A DNA stretch of 64,000 nucleotides from Eledone cirrhosa (lineage: Eukaryota), in contig OZ024743.1 in NCBI GenBank assembly GCA_964016885.1, forward strand, positions 351,354,001 to 351,418,000. Direction: 5' to 3'. The notes under the pieces are model-generated. The model was not told the origin of the DNA, did not search any database, and saw only the letters and a program-made list of their open reading frames with translations. Below, piece after piece: positions 26,573-40,507 of this stretch (position 1 is the first letter of the stretch; each line of letters starts with the position of its first letter). The position numbers and the translations under genes are program-made.

Positions 26573-29500
26573 TGGGGATTCTTTTCTTTGTTTTTGTGCC
26601 TCTCCTTTGTTCTGTCCTACGCCATCTTGTTTTTGTGTGTGTTGTGAGCTTAGTTTGCGCATGTGTTACATCCGGGTGTCTGTGTGTGTTTATATTTGTT
26701 TATTTATTTGTTTATTTACATGTTACTGGTTGGTTGTTTGTTCTGTGTGTGTGTGTTTTCATTTTGTCCTTAATTGTAAGTTGTGATGTTGCTATTCCAT
26801 TCATGCTTTCTATTTAATTTTGGTTGGAGTTCATTTATGTTTATTGCCTCTGTGATTTGGCTAAACATTGCGTCTTTTCTGTGTGTAGATTCTATTTTTA
26901 TATCTATGTTCTCTAATTTGCCCTTATGTTCTATTTTAGCATGTTGGTAGAGTACAGATGATTCTTTACTATCTTGAAGCTCTCGCCAGTGTTCATTTAT
27001 CCGTTCTCCTATACTGCGAGCTGTCTCACCTATGTACACTATATTCTTAACTCTACATTGTCCTTCAGTACATCTTATGCTATATACTACATTTCTAGTT
27101 TTACAGTCAATATGGGGGCTTAATATACAGATTATACATTTCTTATCTATACAGGGAGGTCTCTGAAAAGGGTATGTATTGCTAATAAGTGTTTTTGTGG
27201 AGATACCTGGTCTTTCTACTATCTTAATATTGAGTTTATGTTTATCTAGGGCCCTTCTGAATTTGTAAGCTAATTCACCTTCTGAATTTGTAAGCTAATT
27301 CACCTCTTGATGAACATTACACTCTGGTATTTATTGCTATCATACCATGAGTTTATTCTATTAACCTTATTCCTAGTTCTTTCTATTCTATTCCAAAATG
27401 TGCTCCTATACAAGGGGCAGGTCCCATTTGTATCATTATTTACCATTTTTTCCCATTTGGTTCTGGCTCCTCTATATGCTCTGATCTTATCTCTCTGATT
27501 GTAACCAGTGAACTGCATACGGTGGATGAAGTGTTGTATGAGTCTCTCTAGTTCTTTGTGGTTGCACATGCGGGACACGTTTCTCATCACCCGTACCAAA
27601 TATGCAATCAGTATGTTGAATTTGGTGTGGTCCGAAATAGATCAGATATTTGGAAGTCATGGGTTTGGCCTAATGGGAATGGAGGATCTGTTTTTTGTTA
27701 TTGATAGTATTTAACCAGAGCTCTGTGTCTAGTACAGGTAATCGATGGTTGGGGTGTTTGCTTGGATAGTCTATAGTAACTCTAATACTCTGGTGGATGG
27801 AGTTAGCTATTTGCTGGATGCTTTCCATGGTGTTTTTCTCTAATTCCTGTCTGTTCTTTAGTGGGGGTGTTTTTACTACGATGTTTATATCATCAACGTA
27901 GCGGGAGTACATTATCAGGGTTAAGAGGTTGCTGTCTTCTAATTGTTCTTTAAGTTTAAGTTTAAGTCTATTGCCCCACCATACCATGAATAGGTTAGCT
28001 ATGTCACCTGCAATGCTAACACCAATGGCTGCTCCCTCCTCTTGGGCATATGTTTTTCCATTAAATTTGAACATATGTTACTTAAGGATTAATTTTATAC
28101 TGGCCCCCACCGCATGTGCAATCATTTTCTTTAGTTCATCGTTCTTTTCGGGGGTCCGTATGGCTCTGGTCCACCCGTTCCATCTATCTGTGTGGGTTTT
28201 CTTGGCCATTGAGGTAATGGTAGGTGGTCTGCCTCTTGTTGGTCTTATAGGGCACAGGTTGCTAAGGTCATATGTTTCTAGATAATTATTACTATAAGTA
28301 AGTTTAAGTAGGAGTCCCAGCTCACTGGTATCAATCCCACGGAATTCAACATTGCTCTCACTGATCATTTCCACGCATTTCTCCACAGCAAAATCCACGT
28401 CAATAGATGGATATAGGGACACAACATCCATACTGCCTATTATGCAGTTTGTTAGGTCCCTAGATCGGTTACCTTCGCTGATTCTGCTGAGGAGGTCCTC
28501 CGTGCTGTCACATATATCTGTGGACATTTCAATGATGGGCGTATGATCAAGGAGAGGAAGTAGGAAAGTCTGTAGTTACTAGCAATGTTAGCTCCACATA
28601 CTGGCCGTGCTGGTGGTCCTGTGACAGGGTCACTGCTCGTTTTATGGTCTTTTCGAAGCCCATAAAACGCTGGCACGTCATTGTTCCAGGCCTGGAAGTT
28701 GTTGGCAGTCTTTTTGTTGGGCTGCATTATGTTTATCCACATCATCATATGGGCATTGAGGGTTTTTTCTCTATCCTCATGCTCTTGTGGTGTTACTTCT
28801 CTTGTGTTAGTGATGTGGGGTTGCATTGCCTGGATGTAGTTTGACAGACTGTCAACCAACATTCTGCCAGACTTGTCTGTTGTAAAGCATGCAATCTCTC
28901 CATTACGCGAGCGCTGCATGAGCTTACGCAAGCCATTTGCAGGTTTTTCTCCCAATTGCTGGGCCTCGATTCTATTTTGCTTCTTACTATACTGTTTTAT
29001 AATGTTTCTAAGTTTAAATCTAGCTATACTAAATTGTGCTATGTTTGTTCATCGACCTGTGACGGCAATTGCGCGCATTTGTTAAAAGCTAAAGTCGTGG
29101 TGTGGACTCGTCGCAGGTCGAAAGACTTATCGGAAGGATTATAAAAAGTAGAGTTCTAGGCTGCTGCTTTATGTGTACTATTGCTATTGTTATTGTTAAT
29201 TGTGTTGTTTCTATTTCTATTTCCACCAACAGCCTCATGGTTATTTCTATGTCTCTCATTATTACTCCTGTCTCTTTTCTCTGGCTCATTGTTATTATCT
29301 ACTCTATTTTGTGTGTCTGAGTGTTCGTCCTGGTTATTTTCTCTGTCAGTATTGATAGTCTCCCTTCTCCTTTCAATCCTATTACCTTCCCTTATTTCTG
29401 TGTTACTGTCATTATCTGTTTTCTGTGTCTGTGTGTTTGTTAAGATTGTGGTGGTGGTGAGAGGCATAGAATGTGTGTGTGTTGTTGTTGTTGTTGATGT

Positions 29501-29678
29501 GTGCTGTTGTTGATGTGTGTTGTTGTTGTTGTCTCCGTGTATGTTATTATTGTTGTGTGTGTTGTTATTGTTGTTTGTGTCTGTGTGTCTGTTGTTGTTG
29601 GGATGTGTGTGTGTGTGTGTGTGTGGGTGTGGGTGTGTGTGTGTATGTGTGGGTGTGTGTGTGGGTGGGTGGGTGGGT

Positions 29679-29749
<71 letters not shown>

Positions 29750-31045
29750 GTTACTTTTGTTTTTGTTTTTGTCTTTGAGGCTCCAACGTAATTTTGTAAA
29801 TGATTTTTCTATTTCTGACAACCATTTTATTATATTTACCTTATTATATGTGGGATATTTAGGTGGTAGCTGTAATATCGATAATTCATCAGAGTCGACT
29901 GTAGTGTTGCCGTATATATTTGTGTTGTTGTTGTTGAATTCATCTGTTAATGAGATGTCGGCCATATTTATACCGTCGATTTTCTCAGGAAATCTATCGA
30001 TATTTTCTAAAGTATCTTGATTTAGTTTCATCTGTTTGAGCCATTTTAGTTTCTTGTTAATGTGCTTGTCACATTCTTGAACAATGTACTTTTCTTCAAG
30101 ATATATAATGTTTATAAATATTAATTTTTCTCTTGGTGTGGTGATCTTAGTTATTTCTTGTATTAGGGTACGCTTATGTTTTTCTTGATGACTTAATTCT
30201 CTGTAAATCTTTTTTGTGTTTAGAATTAGTGTTCATTTTAGCCAATCTGCTTGCTTTTTGGTGAGTTGTAATCTTCTTAGATAAAAAACATAAAAAAGGA
30301 AATTTACAGTGAATTAAGTCATCAAGAAAAACATCGACGGTATAGATATGGCCGACATCTCATTAACAGATGAATTCAACAACAACAACACAAATATATA
30401 CGGCAACACTACAGTCGACTCTGATGAATTATCGATAATACAGCTACCCTTTTCAAAGACCTCCCTGTATAGATAAGAAATGTATAATCTGTAAATTAAG
30501 CCCCTCATATTAACTGTAAAACTAGAAATGTAGTATATAGCATAAGATGTACTGAAGGACAATGTAGAGATAAGAATATATTGTACATAGGTGAGACAGC
30601 TCGTAGTATAGGAGAAACGGATAAATGAACACTGGCGAGAGCTTCAAGATAGTAAAGAATCATTTGTAATCTACCAACATGCTAAAATAGAACATAAGGG
30701 TAAATTAGAGAACATAGATATAAAAATAGAATCTACACACAGAAAAGACGCAATGTTTAGACAAATCACAGAGGCAATAAACATAAATGAACTCCAACCA
30801 AAATTAAATAGAAAGCATGAATGGAATAGCAACATCACAACTTACAATTAAGGACAAAATGAAAACACACACATAGAACAAACAACCAACCAGTAACATG
30901 TAAATAAACAAATAAATAAACAAATATAGACACACACATACACCCGGATGTAACACATGCGCAAACTAAGCACACAACACACACAAAAACAAGATGGCGT
31001 AGGACAGAACAAAGGAGAGGCACAAAAACAAAGAAAAGAATCCCA

Positions 31046-31088
31046 GTCACTGAAGAGGTCACAGAATGTGTGACGAAAGAACTTTGAC
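31046..31088 (+). ncRNA. HHR motif in the PLE A inverted pseudo-LTR
   Basis: Identical motif to 26530-26572. Confidence 0.65.
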
Positions 31089-31222
31089 AATATATGAACA
31101 ATTGTCTGGTTGTGGAACCAACCAACCAACCGGAAATTTATATTTAATTTAAAATAAATTGAAGTGAAAGCAACTGGTGCGTGTGTTTCTTATTGGCAAC
31201 ATGGCCCTCCCAAAGTATAACA

Positions 31223-31257
<35 letters not shown>

Positions 31258-31454
31258 TAAAAAGGAAAAGTAAATGGTGACAAATTTTTCCCAGTGAAAA
31301 ATACTTTTATTAGGAATAAGTATAAATTAGTAATAAGTATTAGTTAGTATTCAATTTTAGTTTTAAGTTTTTACCTGTTGCGCATTTCTTATGCTTTTCA
31401 AAAATAATTTTGAGATAGAGTGCTCGTGATTTTTGCTGTAATCTAATATATATC

Positions 31455-31487
<33 letters not shown>

Positions 31488-31504
31488 TTATATGTTTATA
31501 TATA

Positions 31505-31536
<32 letters not shown>

Positions 31537-34500
31537 ACGGTGATGAATTTAGTTTTGCAAGGATTTTGATATGAAATCGTGTGTCGAAACAAATATTGTT
31601 ATACTTGGGGAGGGTCATATTTGTGTAATATTATCAGAATTAATAACAGAACACACTCACTGTTTGGTTGGTTTTCGCTTTTCGCTTCTGTGTCTTTTAT
31701 ATCGGTTAATTTAATTTATTCGGTCCTCAATGTTGCCATTGACTGACCAACGGTCAAAAATACAGATACAATATAGACACAAACACATATATATAGTTTA
31801 TCAAAGTTCTTTCGTTGCACATCTGTAACAACGTCAGTGGTGCTATTGTTTCCTCCCGTTGCATTGTATTTTCTACGCCATCTTTATTTAGTCTGTTTAT
31901 ATATTTATTTATTTGTTTTTGTTTTTTTTTGTCTTCTTTGCGCATGCGTTTGAGTGTGTGTATAGTGTTTTGTTTGATGTGTGTTCGTGATTGGGTGACT
32001 GTGTATTGGTTAATGTATTCTATCTTTACTAGTGTGTGTTTATATGTGTTTGTTGTTATTGTGCTCTTGTCTGTATTTATTTATTTATCTATTTATTTAT
32101 TTATTTATACTTCTCTTAGGTCAGTGTTCTTTGTTTGGGTGTTGCTGTTATTCCATTCATTTTTTCTGTTTAGCCTTGGCCTTCTAAGTTCTATTTCACT
32201 GGCCTCTCTGATTTGCCTATCTGCTGGGTCATTTCTATGTTTAGATATTATTCTAATTTCTATGTTGTCTATGTTACCGTTGTGTTGTTGTCTGGCATGT
32301 TCGTATAGTACTGAACCGTTTTTTTCGTCCTTTTAGTTCCCCCACAGTGTTGGTCTATCCTTTCACCTATGCTACGAGCTGTCTCGCCTATGTATGTTGT
32401 TGTCATGTTTCTGCAGGTACCCTCTGTACATCTTATGCTATAGACTACGTTTCTAGTTTTACAGTTTATCCGGGGGTTTACCTTACATATATATACATTT
32501 CCTATTAGTACAATGGGTTTTCTTAAAAGGGTAGGTTTTGCTGATCAGGGATTTTATGGTGGTTCCTGGCTTTTCTAGCATCTTAATCTTTAAGTGGGTC
32601 TTTCTCAGGGCCTTTCTACACTGGTTAGCTAATTTCCCTCCAGGGGTAGCGTCCACAAACATGAAACTCTGGTATCTCTGGTTGTCGTACCATGAGGTGG
32701 CTTTCCCTATCTTATGTCTAGCCCTATCTAAGCTATTCCATGATTTGCTCCTGTATAATGGGCAAGTTACTTTCATGTCCAGTTCTATGAGGGTCTTCGT
32801 ATACTCTGATTCTGTCTCTTTGGTTGTATCCAGAGAACTGCATGCGGTTGATGAAGTGTTGGATGTGTCTTTCCATTTCTGTTGGGTCGCACATGCGGGA
32901 CACGTTCTTCATCACTCGTACCAAGTCTGCGATCAGAATATTAAACTTAGCACTACTGGACATTGCTAAGTTTTTGAGTATCAGGTATTTGGAGGCCATG
33001 GGTTTAGCATAGTGTGAGTGAAGAATTTGGGCCCTCTCATCTATAGTGTTAATCCAGAGTTTCGTGTCTAATACAGGTAGTCTATTGTTAGGGTGTTTGG
33101 AAGGGTAGTCGATAGTTACAGTTATACTCTGGTGTATGGAATTAGCTATCTGCTGGATGCTTTCCATTTTGCTACGTTCTAAATCAAACTTGTTAGTGCT
33201 CTCTTGTGGGGATGTTCTTACAACTATATTGATATCGTCTACGTAACGAGAGTACATGATGAGGTCTGTGGAGCACTCATTAAGAAGATCTTAAAGTCTC
33301 CTTTCCCACCATACCATAAAAAGATCGGCAACGTCACCAGCTATGCTGACGCCAATGGCTGCTCCCTCATTTTGGGTGTAGATCTTCTCGTTGAACTTGA
33401 ATATGTGGCCCTTTAGGGTAGTTTTGATACTAGTCCCTATTGCATGTGCGACCTTTTTTCTTACCTGATCATTGTTTTGGGGGTCCGTATAGCTTTGGTC
33501 CACCCAATCCACCTTCCTATTGGAGTCTTTTTAGCCATTGAGATTATGGTGGGGGGTCTACCTCTTATGTGTCTACTGGGGCAGAAACGTCAAGGTCTTG
33601 GCTGTCTCGGTAGTCAGTGTCGTAGGTAAGTCTAAGTAGGAGGCCCAGTTCGTCTGTGTCGACGTCGCAGAACTCCACCTCACTCTCAATGATGATCTCA
33701 ACACATTTTTCCACAGCAAAATCAATGTTAATGGATGGGTACAGTGATACCACATCCATGCTGCCTATTATGCAATTGGATAGGTTCCTGTTTTTGTTGC
33801 ACTCACTGATTCTGCTGAGGAGGTCCTCTGTACTGTCACATACATCTGGGGACATCTTGATTATGGGGCGTATAACTATTGAGAGGAAGTAGGAGATCCT
33901 GTAGTTTCTAGCTATATTTGCGCCACATACGGGTCTTGTTGATGGTCCTGTTGTCGGGTCGTCGACTGTCTTGTGGTCTTTGCGGAGCCCATACAAGGGT
34001 GGTATGCCATTGTTAGATGCCTGGAAGTTGTTGGCAGTGCGTCTGCTTGGCTTTAGGATGTCGGTCCACATCATCATGTGAGCGTTGAGGATTTTCTCTC
34101 TCCCATCATGTATTTGCTGTGCAATTTCGCTCGTGTTGGTGATGTGGGGTTGTATAGCCTTGATGTAGTTCGGTATGCTGTCTATTGACATCCTAACAGA
34201 CTTATCCGTGGGTAGACATACTACCTCACCATCCCTTGTGCGCTGCTTGAGGCTAACCAAGCCTTCTACAGGTTTCCTTCCAAGTTGTTGGACCTCTGGT
34301 CTGCTCTGTCTCTTAGTATTGCCGGTCTACTATTTGTCTAATCTTATTTCTAGCTATGGTGAACTATGCCTCTGTCTCGTCATCTATTTGTTGTGGTATG
34401 CAAACTCTTTTATTAAAGGGTAACCTCGTAGGATAGATATTACCCATCTTATATGTTTTGTCAGATGGGTTGAAGAATAGTTTCTCTAAGGGGTTGTCAT

Positions 34501-35309
34501 TATATCTATCGTCATAGTTGTGTGTGTTGCTATTATTGTTATTATGGTGGTTGTTGTTGTTCCTATCATTAGCATTATTATTATTGTTATGATTGCTAGA
34601 TGTATTGTTGCTGTGTTTGTTAGATGTATTGTTGTTGTTTTATCCACCGTTATTGTTGTTGTTACTGTTTTTTCTACCATTGTGGTTGTTACTTTTATAA
34701 TGTTTCTTGTTTTTGTTGTGTCTATCATTAATGTTGCTACATGTATTATTTCTATTATTACCACTGTGGTTGTTGTTGTTGTTATTCATATTGTTAGCGT
34801 TATTACTACTGTGGTCGCTGCTGCTGTGTCTGTAGTTAATGTTTCTATTATTATTATTATTCTGGTTGTTGTTGTTCTGTCTATCGTTAATATTATTACC
34901 ATTATTACTATTTCTCACTCTCCTGCTATTGTTATTGTTATGACTATTACTATTATAGCTGTTATTTCTATACTCAGAGTTATTGTTTATATTACTACTA
35001 CCGTTATTATTGTTGTTGTTGTCCGTATAGTTGTTGTTGTTGTTTACTTTTGCATTCCAACGTATTTTTGTGAAACACTTTTCCAGCTCCGTTTTGCCCT
35101 CAACCTTGATAAACTATATATATGTGTTTGTGTCTATATTGTATCTGTATTTTTGACCGTTGGTCAGTCAATGGCAACATTGAGGACCGAATAAATTAAA
35201 TTAACCGATATAAAAGACACAGAAGCGAAAAGCGAAAACCAACCAGACAGTGAGTGTGTTCTGTTATTAATTCTGGCAATATTACACAAATATGACCCTT
35301 CCCAAATAT

Positions 35310-35316
<7 letters not shown>
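31537..35316 (-). mobile_element. Penelope-like retroelement B (related to A, 5' truncated) with inverted pseudo-LTR
   Basis: PPLYGLRKDHK, MDVVSLYPSI, RYVDD, HYAKPMAS, YIGETARS; arms 31594-31804 and 35106-35316; degenerate HHR at 31800-31841; (TA)n at both ends. Confidence 0.95.
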
Positions 35317-35367
<51 letters not shown>

Positions 35368-35373
35368 TATAGA

Positions 35374-35410
<37 letters not shown>

Positions 35411-38400
35411 TAAGTTTAGGAATAACCAAAGAGTGCTTAAAAATACATTGTTTTATTTGCTAGAGCAGGAATCATCAGAGCCTATAAACAAAAGTATATC
35501 AAAGGTTGCAGGCTCCATCGAGCCTAGTCACCAGAACAAGGAAGAAAGCCAAGTAGGGGGGGGGGGGCACACAATACATCACACATATAATGTCAAAAAA
35601 AATTACATCATAAAAATTACATCATAAAAAATTACATCAAAATGTTATCACATAAATGGTGCAATAGATCATAAGGAAGGTGAGAGAGGAGAGCAAGAAA
35701 TAAATGAGGGTGTTACTCAGCATGATCAAAAAACAAACCAAGCATAGATACATCAATTCACAAGCAGTGCAGGCACATGATTTACAGGCAGAGTATGAAA
35801 GCTTGTAAGCAGGAGTCAGTAAACAGAAAAGTTGGTTAGCTGTGGTGCAGCTTTACAGGCAGGATTGTTTATAGGAAAAATGGTACACTCTAGTAGTATC
35901 GCCTTGTAACAGGTTGATTTCTCCATATCCGGCCACTACCCTCCATCCATTGGTTCCAGTTCCAAGTATTAGGCGACATAATACTAGGTTTCCAAATACA
36001 CACATAGAGGATTTTTCCACAGAGGCAGTCTGCAACGGACACCTTAAATCCCAAACAGAATACAATGAAGTGAGGTAAAGCAGAGTACATGCACTGCTGG
36101 CACTCCAATGAGGGTTGTGGAAATAAAACGGGTCCGCAATATCTGCTATCTCTCACAGTCTTCACGATCGGTTACGCAACCCAACGTCCCACGTGAAATA
36201 CTCAGTATGGCCCACTCGGCATCGGGCTAAAGTGCCATGCCATATGTAAATATACTACAGTAAATTCTATTCGTAATGGCTAGTTAGTCTCGTAGACAGA
36301 AAGCGTATATAGAAGCAGACACAAAAATAGGAACAGCATGGGCACACTAAGCGGCTCTGACCAACCCCAACCGATGTCATCTAACACGCGTTCTCGGTGT
36401 AGCAATACTAACAGTAGGATAAAAGCTAGAAACTTGAGATACAATAGCAACGACAGGGAAACCAGCGAACCCCTTGGGGTAAGATTACCACCCCAGGATC
36501 TCTCTACTACAGAATGTAGAGCGTCTACGCGCGGTGCTGACTCTTCCCCCAGTACGAAAAATAGAAAAAATAGACGACTAAATTCCTACTTTAATCCACC
36601 TTACAACTCGGGGGGGTACTAACCAATATACCAAAGGCATTCTTCGTGATCTTGGAAAAAAAACGCCCCCCGCCCCCTCCCCGGTAGTAAATATCATAGC
36701 ATTATTAATAAAACACAGTTAAGCTATCATTCTCCACCACTCCAAATTTAGCTCGTCACCTAGCCCTCACGAACAACAACAAAATTAGAAAGGGTTTCGG
36801 TACCATTGCATCTACGGGACACCTACAGCCACTGGATGGACCAGATGCGGCGTCACCCTACAGTACTATCCACACATCTGAAGTACGGTCGCCAAATCAG
36901 TCACATACTGAAAGCCAACCATCTCCTGAACTGCAGAATAACATACACCGCAAATGTAACTGTAGACGAAAGGCGGAGTGCCCCCTGAAGGGGCTATGCC
37001 TTATAAACAATATTGTCTACGCTTGTGAAGTTACAACTTGGACCTCTTCCAAAACATATATAGGATCCACATCGACCTCCTTTAAGACTAGGTACAACTC
37101 CCTCGTTATACGTTTAGTCATGATAGACTTAAGAATACCACGTCCCTAGCTAGTTACATCTCTCACCTAAAGAGCACCAATATTCAATACACGCTTAATT
37201 GGAGAGTTATCACTAAATCATCGCCGCACAAACCCCCTAGCAAAACTTGTAACCTTTGTATCTCTGAGTCACACGCCATAATATACTCCAAACTGAACCT
37301 GTTAAATAAGAAATCAGAGATATTCTCCTCTTGCCCGCACATAAATCTTAGCTCCTTCTGTTACTTTAGACCAATTAGCTAACGCTGTAGGACATTCACT
37401 CCTCCTTCCTATCAAACCTACGTAAAACCACGCCACCCATAATCCTAATTCCTCTGTAACCATAACTGAAAAGTGTAGGTTCACATTACCCATTAGAAAA
37501 CCATATACGACACTGTACCCTCCTAGAGCAACCTTGTACGACATGACCTGCTTTGGCACCTCACTGTGCACCTCTCTTGGGTCGCGCCTGACCTCTGGAG
37601 ACCCTCACCCGACCCGACCCCTCTCTACGTTTCTTTACATGTGGGCCGGGTCGTCATTGATGGCAATACCTCACCTCATCCTCATTCCCATACTCCGGGG
37701 ACCCGCATGGGGGTTCTACCCGTAGCATGCCTCTGCGTCTCTCCCAACAGCACACCAAACCCACGTATGCAACCTTAACTGAGGTAGATCCCCTCCGGTC
37801 CACTAATTAGAGCCCTTCAAGCGTATATCGGCTCTTATCCTCTTTTCTCTCTTTCATTCTCTCTTACTTTTTTCTTTACCTTAATCATATTTTTAGCTTA
37901 AGCCAATAACCCTTATGGTACAACTCACTTAAGGTCTTTTCACTCCACCCAGCACAGTTTGACTCTATACGGACACCTACCCATAATAACCAATGGGATA
38001 AGGTTCATAAAAATGTCCATTGTGCGCTAACTGATAGCACAACATAATAGTTTATCGAAAGCCCAACGTACTCCGCCACAGCTATAAGGCGGATAGCCTG
38101 GGCATCTTGGGTCCATATAGCCTTAACCATAACGTGGTAGATAGATCAAACATAATATAGTGAACAATGGGAGCGGATCGAGTGGACTACGTCCCACATG
38201 ATCGATCAAACCCCGGTAGGGTTTGAATCGAACAACGGGTTTGCCCCAAGCGTTGCGGGGATATCTAATGAATCCGCCCTTTATGATGCGAGCTGCCTCC
38301 CATACTTTTCATAAGCGCACAACGACTTCTTGCGTTAGTATTTTGACAACCGTTGGGAGTTACTAATGAGAAGGTAAATATTGAAATTGTGGAATATGAA

Positions 38401-39614
38401 TTGTGCTGCAAATATGATAAATTATAAAACCACATTAAAGGCAAAGTGCGACAGTTGATATTGACTTCCAGCCGACCCAGCGGGGGTTATACCCGACTGT
38501 GAAAGGATTACAACCTCCAGATTCAGTGATCTACACGAAAACCACTTGGTGGACATGTAAACAACAATGTTGTCATCGGTAGTTCTAGCCGTGAGTTTAG
38601 TATATCTTCTGCAGTACTTGCACACACCAGAAATTTACACTTTTTCTAATAAGCTCGCCTATTAAGTAACCATAACTGCTTTTCCTTCACTCTGCCCTAG
38701 GTAATTCCATAGGCGGAGTTTTCTATATACGCTTTCTGTCTACGAAACTAACTAGCCATTACGAATAGCATTTACTATAGTATATTTACATATGGCATGG
38801 CACTTTAGCCCGATGCCGACTAGGCCATACTGTGTATTTCACGTGGGACGTTGGGTTGCGTAACCGAACGTGAAGACTGTGAGAGATAGCAGATATTGCG
38901 GACCCGTTTTATTTCCACAACCCTCATTGGAGTGCCAGCAGTGCATGTACTCTGCTTTACCTCACTTCATTGTATTCTGTTTGGGATTTAAGGTGTCCGT
39001 TGCAGACTGCCTCTGTGGAAAAATCCTCTATGTGTGTATTTGGAAACCTAGTATTATGTCGCCTAATACTTGGAACTGGAACCAATGGATGGAGGGTAGT
39101 GGCCGGATATGGAGAAATCAACTTATTACAAGGCGATACTACTGGAGTGCACCATCTTTCCTATAAACAATCCTGCCTGTAAAGCTGGAACCACAGCTAA
39201 CCAACTTTTCTGTTTATTTACTCCTGCTTACAAGCTTTCATACTCTGCCTGTAAATCATGTGCTTGCACTGCTTGTGAATTGATGTATCTATGCTTGGTT
39301 TGTTTTTTGATCATGCTGAGTAACACCCTCATTTATTTCTTGCTCTCCTCTCTCAACCTCCTTATGATCTATTGCACCATTTATGTGATAAACATTTGAT
39401 GTAATTTTTTATGACATTATATGTGTCATATATTGTGTGCTCCCCTACTTGTCCTTCTTCCTTGTTCTGGTGACTAGGCTCGATGGAGCCTGCAACCTTT
39501 GATATACTTTTGTTTATAGGCTCTGATGATTCCTGCCGTAGGGTATGGATGAAACACTGTTAGCAAATAAAACAATGTATTTCTAAGCACTCCTTGGTTA
39601 CTCCTAAACTTATA
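35411..39614 (+). mobile_element. Non-autonomous PLE derivative with ~900-bp inverted arms and a GIY-YIG remnant
   Basis: Arms 35411-36314 and 38720-39614; internal YFNPPYN, CPLKGLC..NIVYAC, YIGSTSTSFKTRY, CNLC at about 36540-37345; no RT core seen. Confidence 0.9.
39520..39564 (+). ncRNA. Type I HHR motif
   Basis: gct-CTGATGA-stem II (tcc..tgcc/ggta.tgga)-GAAAC-act-GTT-agc followed by AATAAA. Confidence 0.65.
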
Positions 39615-39862
39615 ACGGCTCTGTAGTATACTAGTTATCCTACATTGAGCTAAAACCACACTGTCATACCAAGGACAATATATCTGTGTGTCTGTGCACA
39701 TTAGTATAATTGGCAACGAAACTATCTATCTCTATATATATATATATGAAACAGATCTAGTTTTGTAGAAGCTATTTCTATATTTAATTTTGTTGCTTTC
39801 ACTCTACTAATTTCTTGAGTACCTTATTTACTGTGGTTACCCCTGATTGTACTCGGGATCGA

Positions 39863-39922
<60 letters not shown>

Positions 39923-40420
39923 TCATTCTCAAAAGTTAAGTGAGATGGAGAGCTGTATGCCTATATGATGATCTGTCCCGCATCTGTTATTTCGAGAAAT
40001 TTCTTTCCGTTTCATGCAAAAAACGTGGCCCAAATTACTATCTATTTAAAGTATAATTGGATTGGTTGTGGAAGTTCGTATGATTGTGTATACAGTTTTG
40101 CCAAAAATTGATGATCACATGATTAGGAATAGAATTTTTCTTGTAAATATTGCGCAAAAAATTGGAAATGTCATGCTTTAGTGAACGTGGCTAATGACAA
40201 TTTTCTATTGTTAAGTAGTCCAGTCTGTCTATAGAATTGTTTGTGGCATTCCCCTCCCAATTCTTTTTAAAGTGTAAAGAAAGATTATTCATTCATTTGT
40301 GTGTGAGGGGGGTGCAGAAATGGGTTTTTTCCTTACACTATTGGGATAATTCAAATTGAATTTTCAACTTCTTATTCCAATATTTTTATATTTTTACTCG
40401 AGTGAGATATAAAGAAATTT

Positions 40421-40507
<87 letters not shown>

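Larger units (their letters stand above)
26337..31225 (-). mobile_element. Penelope-like retroelement A (RT + C-terminal GIY-YIG, frameshifted) with inverted 5' pseudo-LTR
   Basis: TDKSG, YGLRKDHK, RPVCGA, MDVVSLYPSI, GAAIG, RYVDD, PVLD, VVYSIRC/YIGETARS; arms 26392-27172 and 30448-31225; (TA)n at both ends. Confidence 0.95.

Noticed and set aside
34520-35194. 224-aa hydrophobic 'membrane protein'
   Set aside because: Antisense translation of the (AAC/AAT)n tract in PLE B
35853-39399. Duplicated Cys-rich ORFs MKTVRDSRYC on opposite strands
   Set aside because: By-product of the inverted arms; non-ATG start and no recognisable domain
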